Assembly (NCBI GenBank): GCA_041690395.1
Contig: JAWLHJ010000004.1
Location: 96,001-160,000, forward strand
Reading direction: 5' to 3'
DNA: 64,000 nt
From: Longimicrobiales bacterium
Lineage (GTDB): Bacteria > Gemmatimonadota > Gemmatimonadetes > Longimicrobiales > Gaopeijiaceae
Below are positions 49,498-59,182 of the stretch, in pieces. The translations under genes were made by a program, and so were the position numbers. Numbering within the stretch: the stretch's first letter is position 1; the number at the start of each line of letters is the position of its first letter. The notes beneath the pieces were generated by a model. That model made no database searches, was not told the DNA's origin, and was given only the letters and a program-made list of their open reading frames with translations.

Positions 49498-49597
49498 ATG
49501 CCCCAGGCTACCCGCAGCGACGATCACCGCACTTACCGCTGCTACCTGCGGGGTCCTGACGGGATTCGCGGGCTCTCGCCCTGCGGACCTGGGGCAT
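49498..49597 (-). ncRNA. ffs: Signal recognition particle 4.5S RNA (small bacterial SRP)
   Basis: Terminal stem ATGCCCCAGG/CCTGGGGCAT; domain IV GTCAGG-ACC-loop-GGT-AGCAGC; 3' U-rich run; canonical position upstream of dnaX. Confidence 0.92.
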
Positions 49598-49622
49598 GGA
49601 TGAAGCTATGGGTCAATCGACC

Positions 49623-50012
49623 TCAGGTCCACCCCGGCCGCCACGCGTCCTCGATGTGATCGACCCGGACGATCCGTCCGTCCGCCAGGAGGCGCACGGC
49701 GACGACGTCGAACCGCACATCAACGTCGTCGCGGACGTTTCGCGTCAGATACTCGAGCGCGACCAGCTCGATCTCACGACGCTTGAGAGGCGTCACGGCC
49801 GCCTCGGGTCCCCCGTACCCGTCGCCGGCCCGGGTCTTCACCTCGACGAAGGCCAGGAGGGAGCCGCGGCGAGCCACGATGTCCACCTCGCGCCGACCGA
49901 ACCGGTAGTTCCGGGCCAGGATCCGCCACCCGCACGCCGCCAGCGCGCGGGCCGCCAATGTCTCTCCACGTCGGCCGAGCCGGTGCGGTGGATGGGTGGA
50001 GTCGGGCGTCAT
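49623..50012 (-). CDS. yraN: YraN family (UPF0102) endonuclease-like protein
   Basis: LGRRGE..A, ILARNYR...EVDIVA, FVEVKTR, RFDVVAV. Confidence 0.93.
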   Translation of the reverse strand: MTPDSTHPPHRLGRRGETLAARALAACGWRILARNYRFGRREVDIVARRGSLLAFVEVKTRAGDGYGGPEAAVTPLKRREIELVALEYLTRNVRDDVDVRFDVVAVRLLADGRIVRVDHIEDAWRPGWT

Positions 50013-50077
50013 GCGCCCAAGGTGGCGCCTCCGCCCGGGCGACCGGATGGCGAGACGGGACGCCCTCCCGGCGGGTA

Positions 50078-51130
50078 CTAAGCGCTCTTCGCCGACGCCG
50101 TGGCGAGCGGCGCGGCCACCTCGCGTCCGATCGAGCGCGCGATCACCCGGATCTGCTCCATCAGCTCGACGAACTGCTCCGGATAGAGAGACTGGGCTCC
50201 GTCCGACATGGCCCGCGGCGGATCCGGGTGGACCTCGACCATGAGGCCGTCCGCCCCGGCGGCTACCGCGGCCCGAGCCATCGGGATCACCTTGGCCCGC
50301 ACCCCGGTTCCGTGACTCGGATCGGCGATGATCGGGAGGTGCGACAGCCCCTTCACCACGGGGATGGCGGTGAGGTCCAGGAGATTGCGCGTGTGGTTGT
50401 CGAAGCTGCGCACGCCGCGCTCGCACAGGATGACGTCGTCGTTCCCCTCGGCCAGGATGTACTCGGCCGCGAGCAGCAACTCGTCGATCGTCGCCGAGAG
50501 GCCGCGCTTGAGCAGCACCGGCTTCCCCGCCTGCCCGGCGCGCCGGAGGAGCGGATAGTTCTGCATGTTGCGGGCGCCGATCTGCACGATGTCGGCGTAC
50601 TCGGCGACGAGGTCGACTCCCGCCACGTCGAGCGCCTCGGTCACGATCGCCATCCCGGTCTCCTCACGCGCCTTGGCGAGCAGCCGGAGGCCCTCCTCTC
50701 CCAGCCCCTGGAACGAATAGGGTGACGTGCGCGGCTTGAAGGCCCCGCCCCTAAGCACGGTCGCGCCCGCGTCCCTGAGCTGCCGCGCGATGCCGATGAT
50801 CTGAGCCTCGCTCTCGACGGCGCACGGACCGGTCATGATGACGATCTCGTTCCCGCCGATCCGGGTCCCGTTCGGAAGCGACACGATGGTGTCGTCCTCC
50901 CGCCACTCGCGGGACACCTGCTTGTAGGGCTGCGTCACCGGAATGACCTCGAGCACGCCGTCGAGCCCCTCGAGTCTCCCTGAGTCCACGCGACCGTCGT
51001 TGCCGATCAGCCCGACGGCGGTCCGCTGCTCGCCGGGGATCGGGCGGGCGTCGTAGCCCATTTCCTTGATGGTATCGACCACGAAATCGATCTGGTCCGC
51101 GGTCGCGTTGTGCTTCATGACGACGAGCAT
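50078..51130 (-). CDS. aroF: DAHP synthase type I-beta with N-terminal regulatory domain
   Basis: [42 protein letters not shown]; start at ATG 51130. Confidence 0.95.
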   Translation of the reverse strand: MLVVMKHNATADQIDFVVDTIKEMGYDARPIPGEQRTAVGLIGNDGRVDSGRLEGLDGVLEVIPVTQPYKQVSREWREDDTIVSLPNGTRIGGNEIVIMTGPCAVESEAQIIGIARQLRDAGATVLRGGAFKPRTSPYSFQGLGEEGLRLLAKAREETGMAIVTEALDVAGVDLVAEYADIVQIGARNMQNYPLLRRAGQAGKPVLLKRGLSATIDELLLAAEYILAEGNDDVILCERGVRSFDNHTRNLLDLTAIPVVKGLSHLPIIADPSHGTGVRAKVIPMARAAVAAGADGLMVEVHPDPPRAMSDGAQSLYPEQFVELMEQIRVIARSIGREVAAPLATASAKSA

Positions 51131-51190
51131 GGGTGCGTCACCTACTCGGGGGTTCGTTCCGCCGCACGGCGGGGCCGGGCGCACCGAAGT

Positions 51191-52024
51191 CTATACGTCG
51201 CGCGGACCCGGGTCCACGGTCCATCCCTCCGGGCCCTTCGAGGCCCTCAGTCCATCACGACCCGCCACCACGGTGCCGCCGTAGCCCGCTCCGACCCGTC
51301 TCGCGGCCTCCGCGGGGGTCATCGGGGGGTACACGTGGGTCAGGATCAACAAATCCGGCCGTGCGGTCCTCGCGAGCTCGACCACATCCGCGGGGGCGAG
51401 GTGCCCCGGCCCCTGCCCCTGCTCCGACCAGGCGCACTCGCTGATCAGGACCTCCGCGCCCCGCAGGAAGGCAGCGACGTCCCCGGAGGGGCCAGTGTCA
51501 CCCGTGTATCCCACCGTCCCCGTGTCCGCGGACAGCCGAAACGCCACCGACTCCTCGGTGTGCGGGGTGGGATGCGCCTCGAGGCGGAAGCCGTGCCCGG
51601 GGTCCTCGAGGACGGCTCCGGGCGAGAGCTCCTCCACGCGGAGCGGGCGCTTCGGGTCGAGCACGTGGGCGCCCAGCGCCGATGCGGCCCGTCCGAGGTA
51701 CGTTCGAAAGCCGGGCGGTCCCAGGAGCGTGAGCGGGCCGAGCCTCGACGCGTCCGCCGCTCCGCCGGCCCGCTCGCGGGCGCTCGCGCTGCCGCGGAGC
51801 GCGAACATCAATGCCGAGAGATCGCCGACGTGGTCGGGATGGTAGTGGGTGACGGCCACGTGCGTGAGCGTCTCCCAGTCGATGGCGTGCCGGGCGAGGC
51901 CGTGCACGGTTCCGCTCCCGCAGTCGAGGAGGACCGAGGCGTCGCCGAACGAGACGTGGTGCGCCGCAGAATAGCGCTCGGCGTCCGGAAGGAGAGTACC
52001 GGATCCCAGGACCGTGACGCGCAT
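51191..52024 (-). CDS. MBL-fold hydrolase, RNase Z/BN-like
   Basis: LGSGT, LDCGSG, THYHPDH, YTGDTG, GHL, LTHVYP. Confidence 0.85.
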   Translation of the reverse strand: MRVTVLGSGTLLPDAERYSAAHHVSFGDASVLLDCGSGTVHGLARHAIDWETLTHVAVTHYHPDHVGDLSALMFALRGSASARERAGGAADASRLGPLTLLGPPGFRTYLGRAASALGAHVLDPKRPLRVEELSPGAVLEDPGHGFRLEAHPTPHTEESVAFRLSADTGTVGYTGDTGPSGDVAAFLRGAEVLISECAWSEQGQGPGHLAPADVVELARTARPDLLILTHVYPPMTPAEAARRVGAGYGGTVVAGRDGLRASKGPEGWTVDPGPRDV

Positions 52025-52053
52025 CGACTGCGACCTACCGGGCGACGGCGGGA

Positions 52054-55000
52054 TCAGGCGATGCCGACGGTCTCGAGCGCCTCTTCCAGCTTCACCCCGA
52101 CGATCGTGCTCACCCCCGGCTCCTCCATCGTCACGCCGTAGATCCAGTCGGCCGCCTCGATGGTGCGTGGGTTGTGCGTGATCACCACGAACTGCGTCTG
52201 GCCCTTGAAGTCCTGCAGCAGCCGGATGAAGCGTCCGATGTTGCTCTCATCGAGCGGCGCGTCGACCTCGTCGAGCACACAGAAGGGGCTCGGCTTGACG
52301 AGGTAGATGCCGAACAGCAGGGAGAGGGCCGTGAGCGCACGCTCTCCTCCTGAAAGCAGATCGATGCGCTGCGTCTTCTTCCCACGGGGCGAGGCGTGGA
52401 TGTCGATGGGCGACTCGAGCGGATCCTCGGGGTCCTCTAGGCGGATGTCCGCCTCGCCGCCCTCGAAGAGCCTCAAGAACGTCTGGCGGAAGTTCTCGCG
52501 GATCTGCTCGAAGGTCCCCTGGAAGAGATCGGTCGCGGTCTTGTTGATCTCCCGGATGGCCGCCCGGAGATCGTTCCGGGCCTCCACCAGGTCGTCACGC
52601 TGCCCCTGGAGGAACTCCAGCCGCTCGCTCTCCTCGGCGTGCTCCTCGACGGCCAGCATGTTGACCGGCCCGATCCGTTCGAGCGCCTCCACGATCTCCC
52701 GGAGCTCCCGCTGCAGCACTTCGGGCTCCCCCTCGACGTCATCGGCCTCGTCGAGGAGTGCCTCCAGCGGTCGGCTCCACTCGCCTTCCAATCGCTCGCG
52801 AATGCGCTCGACCCGCCCGTGAAGCTCCTGCCGCTCCAACTCGAGCTCGTGGCGACGATCCGACGAGGCCCGCTCCTTCGTCCGAGCCTCGCGCACGCGC
52901 CGCTCGGCCACCCGGAGCGCTTCGCTCACCTGCTGGAGCGCCTCGGTCCGTTCACGGACGGTCGCCTCGACGGTGGTGCGCTCGCCGAACAGCGCCTCCG
53001 TGCGTGCCTGCCCCTCCGCCTTGCGTGCCTGCAGAGCCTCGCGCTCACCCTTCAGCGACGTCTCCTCCTCGTCGAGGGCGCGCGTCCGCTCGGACGCCTG
53101 ACGTCGGCTCCGCTCCAGGGATTCGAGGCGCTCCGAGAGGCGCCGGAGATCGCCTTCGAGACGGGCGAGGTCGACCGCGACTCGGGCCTCTTCGGCACGC
53201 ACGGTCTCCCATCGCTCCTGGACGGTCTCGAGCACGGCCCGGGACGCCTCCCGCTCCTCCTCCACCCCGGACTCCTGCTGGAGCAGCGATTCCCGCTCCT
53301 CACGTGCGTCCTTCGAGCGGTCGATGGCACGCTGGCGCGCGGCGCGGGTCCCCTCGATCTGCCGAGAGAGCTCGTCGCGGAGCTTGTCCATCCGACCGTG
53401 CTGGTCGGCCTGGGCCTCGAGCTCCGCGTTCGCCTTGCGGTGGCCGTCCTCGGCGGCGCGCCAGGCCGTCCGCGCGGCTTCGACACGAGCTTCCGCGGCC
53501 GTGACCGCCTCCTGGGCCTCCTCGCGGCGGGACCGGAGCCCTACCTCGTCGGCGAGCGCCCGCTCGTGCTCGTCGCGAAGCACGCGCAACCGCTCCTTCC
53601 GCTCGAGGACGCCGGACGCTCCCTGGGGGTTGCCCATGCGGACCACACCACGATGAACAGTGACCGGAGTCTCGTCGCGGCTCGCACCTTCCACCTCGAC
53701 GCCAGCGAGCAGCGCTCGAACCCAAGCGCCGGCCTCCCCGGTCGTGTGGATCCGGTCGAGCAGTCCCCCGGAGGCAGCGCCCGCGTCGGGAATCCGGTCG
53801 AGCGGAAGCACGATGAGTCCTCCACCTTTCTTCCAGGTCGACGAGAACCAGTCCACGAGGCGGCGGACCGCCGCCCCGTCCCGCACGACCAGGGCGCGGG
53901 CCATCGAGCCCAGGAAGGCCTCGGCCGCGGCGACCGCGTCGGGGGGGCCCTCGATGGCGTCCGCCAGTGTGCCCAGCACGCCGTCGTCGCCGAGGTCGAG
54001 GGCGGCGCGTACCACGGGTTCCACGCCCTCCTGATCACGCTCCATCCGTTCCAGCGCTTCGACCCTGGCTCCGATCGAGGCCGCCCGGTCGACGGCCTCG
54101 CGCTCGGCCGTCCTGGCCTCGTCCAGCGCCGCTCGCGCCTCGTCGAGCTCGGAAACCCGCGTGTCGAGAGCCGCACGCGTCGACTCGACCTCGCGCTGGA
54201 GCTCGTCCAGCCTCCCCGAGAAGAGATCGCCCTGCGACGCGAGATCGGAGAGCTTCTCCGCGGTCGCGGCGAGCTCCTCGCGGGTCCGCAGGAGCCGCTT
54301 CTCGAGCTCCTCGGCCTGCTCCTCGGAGGCTTCGGCGTCTCCCTGGAGCTGGGCGCTGCGGCGTGCGATCTCCCGCGTGCGCGCCTCGGCCTGCTCCACC
54401 CGCTTCCGTGCTTCCGCGAGCTCGACACGCGCGCGCTCGGCCTCGGCCGAGCGGGTGGCCGCAACTTCGCGCAACTCCTCGAGTTGGACGACCACTTCGT
54501 CCCGCTCGGCCACGAGCTTGCCGGCCTCGGCTTCCATCGCCTCGGTGCTTTCGGCGGCAAGGCGCCGCTCTTCGTCGATCCGCTCGAGGCGGCGCTCGCC
54601 GTACGCCTCGCGCTCGGCCGCGACCGCGAGCTCACGCTCCCAGTGGACCAGCTGCTCCCGCACCCGCTCGAGCTCCTTGGCCGCTTCGGCCCGGGCCCGC
54701 TCGGCATCGACCTCCCGCACGCGCAGCGACTCGAATTCGGCCTCGGCGGTCCGCAGCTCGGCGACCATCCCCTCGCCGGTCATCTCGTCGCCCTCGAGCT
54801 CCTTCTCGACCTTGCCCAACCGCTCGGTGAGGGTCCGCAGCTGGTGGCGAACGACCGTCACCTCGACGTCGAGCCGCCGCTGGCGCAGCTCCATGAACCG
54901 CTGCGCCTTGCCTTTCTGGCGAGCGAGCGAGCGGACCTTGGTCTCGATCTCGGCGATCAGGTCCTCGAGACGCTGGAGGTCCATCTCCGCCCGCTCCAGG

Positions 55001-55539
55001 CGGCGGCTCGCGGCCTTCCGGCGATCCTTGTACTTCCCGATGCCGGACGCCTCCTCGAACAAGGCGCGACGCTCCTCCGCCCGGTCCGAGAGAATGGCGT
55101 CGATCATCTTGTTCTCGATGACCGAGTACGCGTTGGCACCCAGGCCGGTGTCCCGGCACAGGTCGACGACGTCCTTGAGGCGGCAGGACGAGCGGTTGAT
55201 CGAGTACTCGGAGCCCCCGTCCCGGAACACCTGGCGGCCGATCTCGACCTCCTCGAGCGGGATCGGGAGCGCCCCGTCCTCGTTGCTCACGACGAGGGAC
55301 ACCGACCCACGGTTCACCGGACGGCGACCCACGGTGCCCTGGAAGATGGCCTCCTCCATGCGGGATCCCCGGATCGCGGACGGCTTCTGCTCGCCCAGCA
55401 CCCACCGGATGGCGTCGCCGATATTCGACTTCCCACAACCGTTCGGGCCGACGACCGCCGTGATCCCGTCGTGGAACTCGACGGAGGTGCTATCGGCGAA
55501 GGACTTGAACCCGTGGACTTTCAGGGCACGGAGCTTCAT
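52054..55539 (-). CDS. smc: Chromosome segregation protein SMC
   Basis: GFKSFA, GPNGCGKSN, long coiled coils with hinge, LLSGGE, LDEVDAPLD, ITH. Confidence 0.97.
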   Translation of the reverse strand: MKLRALKVHGFKSFADSTSVEFHDGITAVVGPNGCGKSNIGDAIRWVLGEQKPSAIRGSRMEEAIFQGTVGRRPVNRGSVSLVVSNEDGALPIPLEEVEIGRQVFRDGGSEYSINRSSCRLKDVVDLCRDTGLGANAYSVIENKMIDAILSDRAEERRALFEEASGIGKYKDRRKAASRRLERAEMDLQRLEDLIAEIETKVRSLARQKGKAQRFMELRQRRLDVEVTVVRHQLRTLTERLGKVEKELEGDEMTGEGMVAELRTAEAEFESLRVREVDAERARAEAAKELERVREQLVHWERELAVAAEREAYGERRLERIDEERRLAAESTEAMEAEAGKLVAERDEVVVQLEELREVAATRSAEAERARVELAEARKRVEQAEARTREIARRSAQLQGDAEASEEQAEELEKRLLRTREELAATAEKLSDLASQGDLFSGRLDELQREVESTRAALDTRVSELDEARAALDEARTAEREAVDRAASIGARVEALERMERDQEGVEPVVRAALDLGDDGVLGTLADAIEGPPDAVAAAEAFLGSMARALVVRDGAAVRRLVDWFSSTWKKGGGLIVLPLDRIPDAGAASGGLLDRIHTTGEAGAWVRALLAGVEVEGASRDETPVTVHRGVVRMGNPQGASGVLERKERLRVLRDEHERALADEVGLRSRREEAQEAVTAAEARVEAARTAWRAAEDGHRKANAELEAQADQHGRMDKLRDELSRQIEGTRAARQRAIDRSKDAREERESLLQQESGVEEEREASRAVLETVQERWETVRAEEARVAVDLARLEGDLRRLSERLESLERSRRQASERTRALDEEETSLKGEREALQARKAEGQARTEALFGERTTVEATVRERTEALQQVSEALRVAERRVREARTKERASSDRRHELELERQELHGRVERIRERLEGEWSRPLEALLDEADDVEGEPEVLQRELREIVEALERIGPVNMLAVEEHAEESERLEFLQGQRDDLVEARNDLRAAIREINKTATDLFQGTFEQIRENFRQTFLRLFEGGEADIRLEDPEDPLESPIDIHASPRGKKTQRIDLLSGGERALTALSLLFGIYLVKPSPFCVLDEVDAPLDESNIGRFIRLLQDFKGQTQFVVITHNPRTIEAADWIYGVTMEEPGVSTIVGVKLEEALETVGIA

Positions 55540-55600
55540 CCCAGTTGTCCCGAGTCGGAGGCTCGTCGAACACCGAGCGTACCGGGGCGCCGCTGCGGCA

Positions 55601-56671
55601 CTATCTCAGCGCCCCCAGGACCACGAGAACGACCAGGATGAGCACGGCCAGCCCGACCCAGAGCAGCTTCCGACGGGCATCGGGATCCGCGCCGCCCTTC
55701 CGGCCGCGCCGCCTCGCGGGCGGGACGCCGGACACGGGATCGGCGGGCTCCGCCTCGGGTGCGTGCACGTGAGGCGCGCTCGACTCGGCTTCGACGGCGC
55801 GGCGGACCGACGCCTCGGCGGGGTCGCCCGTCGTCGCCTCGCTCTCTCCGGTGGGGGCCACGGTGAAGTCCATGGCAGCCTCGGCCTCGTCGGCGACCGG
55901 CTCGTCGCTCTCCGCCTCGGTCGAGCCCCATTCGCCGAGGCCTGCCAGCGCGGGGTCGTCCCATCCGGTGCCGGAGGGCTCCGGCAATCCGGCATCGGCG
56001 GGCACGTCCCTGTCTTCACCCCAGTCCGGATCCGACTCGGCCTCTACGTGCCTGGCGCCGACCCCCTCTTCGGGGGCGGGCTCCGCCCGGCCGGCACCGT
56101 CCACGCCGACCAGCACCCGGATCTTCCCCGCGGCGTCCCTTGCACTCGCAGGCACTCGCTCGGGCGAGTCGGTCAGGACGACGATGTCGTCCGCGCCCTC
56201 GATCAGCATCGCCTCGCCGACACACCCTTCCCGCAGGAAGACCACGAAGGTCACCCCCGCGTCCCGGAACCCGTCCTGCAGCCTCCCCCACCGAGCGCTC
56301 GTGATGACCTTCTCCGGATCGCCGGCCGGTGATCCGGCCGATACGAAGAAGAACGAGCGTCCCGGAACCGGCTGCGCGATCCGTGACACCGAAGCGCCGA
56401 AGAGGGCGGCATCGGCCACACCCTCGCCGGACTCGAGGCCGGCGCTACGGTGCAGCGTGGGATGTTCGAGCACGCAGTCCGCCACGACCACCCGATGCCC
56501 GGACTCTCCCCACGCATCGGCCATGCCTAGCGCCACATCGGCGGACCAACGCTCTCGGGATGCCGCCGCCGGAGCCAGAGCCACGACCACGCGTCCCCGC
56601 TCGGACGACTCGGGCGTCCACGGCGCACTACCGGCCGTGAACGGCTGCCATTCAGGAAGTTCGACGATCAA
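55601..56671 (-). CDS. Hypothetical: degenerate MinD/CpsD-like N-domain, acidic linker, C-terminal TM anchor
   Basis: RVVVAD...PTLH...GVAD...VSAG pattern without Walker A; D/E/P/A-rich linker; RRKLLWVGLAVLILVVLVVLGALR end. Confidence 0.65.
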   Translation of the reverse strand: MIVELPEWQPFTAGSAPWTPESSERGRVVVALAPAAASRERWSADVALGMADAWGESGHRVVVADCVLEHPTLHRSAGLESGEGVADAALFGASVSRIAQPVPGRSFFFVSAGSPAGDPEKVITSARWGRLQDGFRDAGVTFVVFLREGCVGEAMLIEGADDIVVLTDSPERVPASARDAAGKIRVLVGVDGAGRAEPAPEEGVGARHVEAESDPDWGEDRDVPADAGLPEPSGTGWDDPALAGLGEWGSTEAESDEPVADEAEAAMDFTVAPTGESEATTGDPAEASVRRAVEAESSAPHVHAPEAEPADPVSGVPPARRRGRKGGADPDARRKLLWVGLAVLILVVLVVLGALR

Positions 56672-56750
56672 CGCTCGACGTTGGCTGGAGGGAAAGGCGT
56701 AACATTAGGCGAGTCCTCCTGGTCCGGCAAACGGCGCGCCACGGCCCCGG

Positions 56751-57107
56751 TCACTCGGCCGGTGCGTCCCAGCGCGGGGCGTCTCCCCACAGGTTCTCGA
56801 GCTGGTAGAACGAGCGTGCCTGGGGGTGGAAGACATGGACGACGAAGTCGATGTAGTCCAGCAGAACCCAACGCCCGCCATTCATCCCCTCGACGTGCTC
56901 GGGCTTCACGTCCGCCTTCTTCAACTCCTCGACCACGTGCTCGGCGATGGCCTTCACCTGCACGTCGGAGTTGCCGCTGGCGATGACGAAGTAGTCCGTC
57001 GCGGACGAGATGCCCTTCAGGTCCAGCACCACCAGGTCGTGCGCCTTCCGCTCCAGGGCAAGAGCCACGGAACGGTTGACCTCCTCGGGGAAGTCGCGCG
57101 GCGTCAC
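56751..57107 (-). CDS. rsfS: Ribosome silencing factor
   Basis: KAHDLVVLD, DYFVIASG.S..QV.AI, WVLLDY.DFVVHVF, FYQLENLW. Confidence 0.97.
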   Translation of the reverse strand: MTPRDFPEEVNRSVALALERKAHDLVVLDLKGISSATDYFVIASGNSDVQVKAIAEHVVEELKKADVKPEHVEGMNGGRWVLLDYIDFVVHVFHPQARSFYQLENLWGDAPRWDAPAE

Positions 57108-57130
57108 CGCCGCGTCGGCGCCGGTGCCGA

Positions 57131-57586
57131 TCAGCCTTCCTCCCGCTCCACCCGAATCTCGAGCTCGACCTCGACCTCGGGATGCAGGCGCACACCGACC
57201 GGGAAGACCCCGAGCGACTTGAGCGGCTCCTCCAATTGGATGGTGCGACGGTCGAGCTCGAAGTCGAGCTCGCCGGTGTTCGCGCGCTCGGCGATCTCGG
57301 CGGCGGTGACGGACCCGAACAGCTTGCCGTCTTCGCTGGCCTTCACCTCGAACGTCAGCGACAGGCCTTCGACCTGAGCCGCACGACGACGCGCCTCGAG
57401 GAAGTCGCGACGCGCGCGCTCCTCGGCCTTGGCCTGCTCCTCTTCGAGGCGCTTCATGTTCGCCTCGCTGGCGACGTACGCCAGGCCCTGCGGGAGCAGA
57501 TAGTTACGTCCATATCCGGGCTTCACCTGCACGACCGCACCGGCCTCGCCAAGGTTCGCCACGTCCTGCTTCAAAATGAGCTTCAT
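57131..57586 (-). CDS. rplI: 50S ribosomal protein bL9
   Basis: MKLILKQDVANLG...VKPGYGRNYLLP, GKLFGSVT; start at ATG 57586. Confidence 0.98.
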   Translation of the reverse strand: MKLILKQDVANLGEAGAVVQVKPGYGRNYLLPQGLAYVASEANMKRLEEEQAKAEERARRDFLEARRRAAQVEGLSLTFEVKASEDGKLFGSVTAAEIAERANTGELDFELDRRTIQLEEPLKSLGVFPVGVRLHPEVEVELEIRVEREEG

Positions 57587-57608
57587 CGTTCCTCCGACGA
57601 TGGATCGT

Positions 57609-58553
57609 TCAGACGGTCGTCTCGCGCAACCGAGCGCGGACGTCCAGCCAGGTGTCTCCGATACCGACGACCATCGCGACGCCCACGACCACCGGAGCGG
57701 CCAGAACGAGCGAAATCGCGAGCAGCACGTAGCCGAACAGAGACAAGCCTCCACTGATGTACATGAACACGGCGGATCCACGGAGCGCGTACAGTGCACC
57801 CATGAACACGACGGCGTTCGATCCGACTCGGGCGACAGCGTCGCCCCAGCGGGTGACCACGAGGAGCAGCCCGGCGATCATGAGCCACACCAGATGATCG
57901 TTGAAGCGAAAGTTCCGTACCGGACCAATCGCCTGATCTCCTCCTCCTCCCAGACGCGTGTACAGCCACCACGCGACTGCCAGCCCCGACATCGAGGCGA
58001 TCCCCATCAGGGCGGGAAAGACATTCGTCTGAGCCCGCGCCGTCTGATGGATCGCCGTCGCCAGTGCGGGCGACACCGCCCCGTCACCGCGGAGCAGCTC
58101 GAACGCCTGGACCGTCGTCGCAACACCGGCCTCGACGGCATTCTGCACCGCGAAGTCGACAGTCTCCCAACCGCCCGCACGCAGTGCCAGGACCGCCCCG
58201 GCCGCCAACAGCGCGCCTCCGACCGAAGTCAGGAGACGGGCCGACAGCCGCCAATGGGGCGCAGCGAGCGTAACGCCCACGAACCATCCTCCGACGAGCA
58301 GCCCCCAGGCCCTCTCCATGAACCAGAAGCCGTCGCGCGTGCCGGACACCACCAGCACCATGGCGAGCACGGCGGCGATGAAGACACCCGGCCCACGAAC
58401 CCCCCTGAACCCCGCGATCACCAGGAACGGGATCGCGACGAGAACGCTCGGCTGCACGACGGACGCCGCCATCGTGACGCCGAAGAGTCCCGCGGCCCTC
58501 GGCCAACCCCGGCCAGTGGGCTCGCGCGACTCCGGGACGCCCTCCCGATCCAC
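57609..58553 (-). CDS. DUF2232/YybS-like membrane protein
   Basis: Multi-TM protein ending G..DTWLDVR; sits between rpsR and rplI as YybS does. Confidence 0.8.
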   Translation of the reverse strand: MDREGVPESREPTGRGWPRAAGLFGVTMAASVVQPSVLVAIPFLVIAGFRGVRGPGVFIAAVLAMVLVVSGTRDGFWFMERAWGLLVGGWFVGVTLAAPHWRLSARLLTSVGGALLAAGAVLALRAGGWETVDFAVQNAVEAGVATTVQAFELLRGDGAVSPALATAIHQTARAQTNVFPALMGIASMSGLAVAWWLYTRLGGGGDQAIGPVRNFRFNDHLVWLMIAGLLLVVTRWGDAVARVGSNAVVFMGALYALRGSAVFMYISGGLSLFGYVLLAISLVLAAPVVVGVAMVVGIGDTWLDVRARLRETTV

Positions 58554-58558
58554 CTTCC

Positions 58559-59182
58559 TCAGCCCTCGTGGCGCCGGGTGTAGGGGATGAGTGCCAGATA
58601 GCGCGCACGCTTCACGGCCCGCCCGAGCTGCCGCTGGAAGGCTGCGTTGACCTTGGTCGTGCGCTTCGGAAGGATCTTCCCCTGCTCCGTCAGGAAGCGC
58701 GCGAGCGTCGAGACGTCCTTGTAGTTCAGGAGCGTGATCGCGGGCCCTTCCATGCGCCGGCGCCGGCCGCCGCCACCCTGGAACTCGGGGGGCGAGCCGT
58801 CGTCGTCCTCGTCCTCTTCCTCTTCATCATCGTCGTCGTCCTCGTCACGCTCGACGTGATGCACCTCGGCCATGATCGACTGGCCGTTGGTGGGCTCGCC
58901 CTCGTTCAGGACGATCAGGTAGCGGAGGACCTCGCCGTCGAGCTTGACGATACGCTCGAACTCGGGCAGCGCGTCCGGGGCGGCGTTGAACTGCGCCACC
59001 ACGTAGTAGCCCTGGTTGAGCTTGTTGACGGGGTAGGCGAGCTGGCGGATGCCCCAGTGGTCGACGGAGGTCACTTCGCCGCCGTTGGCGGTCGCGAGCG
59101 CGTGGAACTTGTCGAGCTTCGCCGTCACGGCGCTCTCGTCGAGCGCCGGGTCGAGGATATACACAGCCTCGTAAAGCCGCAT
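58559..59182 (-). CDS. rpsF-rpsR: Fused 30S ribosomal protein bS6-bS18
   Basis: aa 1-93 are S6 (YE..YILDP, WG.RQLAY, GYY, VLRY); aa 113-128 are pure D/E; aa ~150-207 are S18 (NYKDV..L..FL.EQGKILP.R.T, QRQL..AVKRARYLALIPY). No stop between them. Confidence 0.93.
   Translation of the reverse strand: MRLYEAVYILDPALDESAVTAKLDKFHALATANGGEVTSVDHWGIRQLAYPVNKLNQGYYVVAQFNAAPDALPEFERIVKLDGEVLRYLIVLNEGEPTNGQSIMAEVHHVERDEDDDDDEEEEDEDDDGSPPEFQGGGGRRRRMEGPAITLLNYKDVSTLARFLTEQGKILPKRTTKVNAAFQRQLGRAVKRARYLALIPYTRRHEG

Noticed and set aside
52639..55641. 1000-aa plus-strand ORF opposite smc, and similar long antisense ORFs (443-2614, 33768-36035, 59455-61152)
   Set aside because: Stop-poor shadow frames expected in very GC-rich coding DNA; no recognisable motifs.
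58800..58850. (TCG/TCC/TCA)n repeat as a VNTR or array
   Set aside because: It simply encodes the poly-Asp/Glu linker; there is no repeat-spacer structure.
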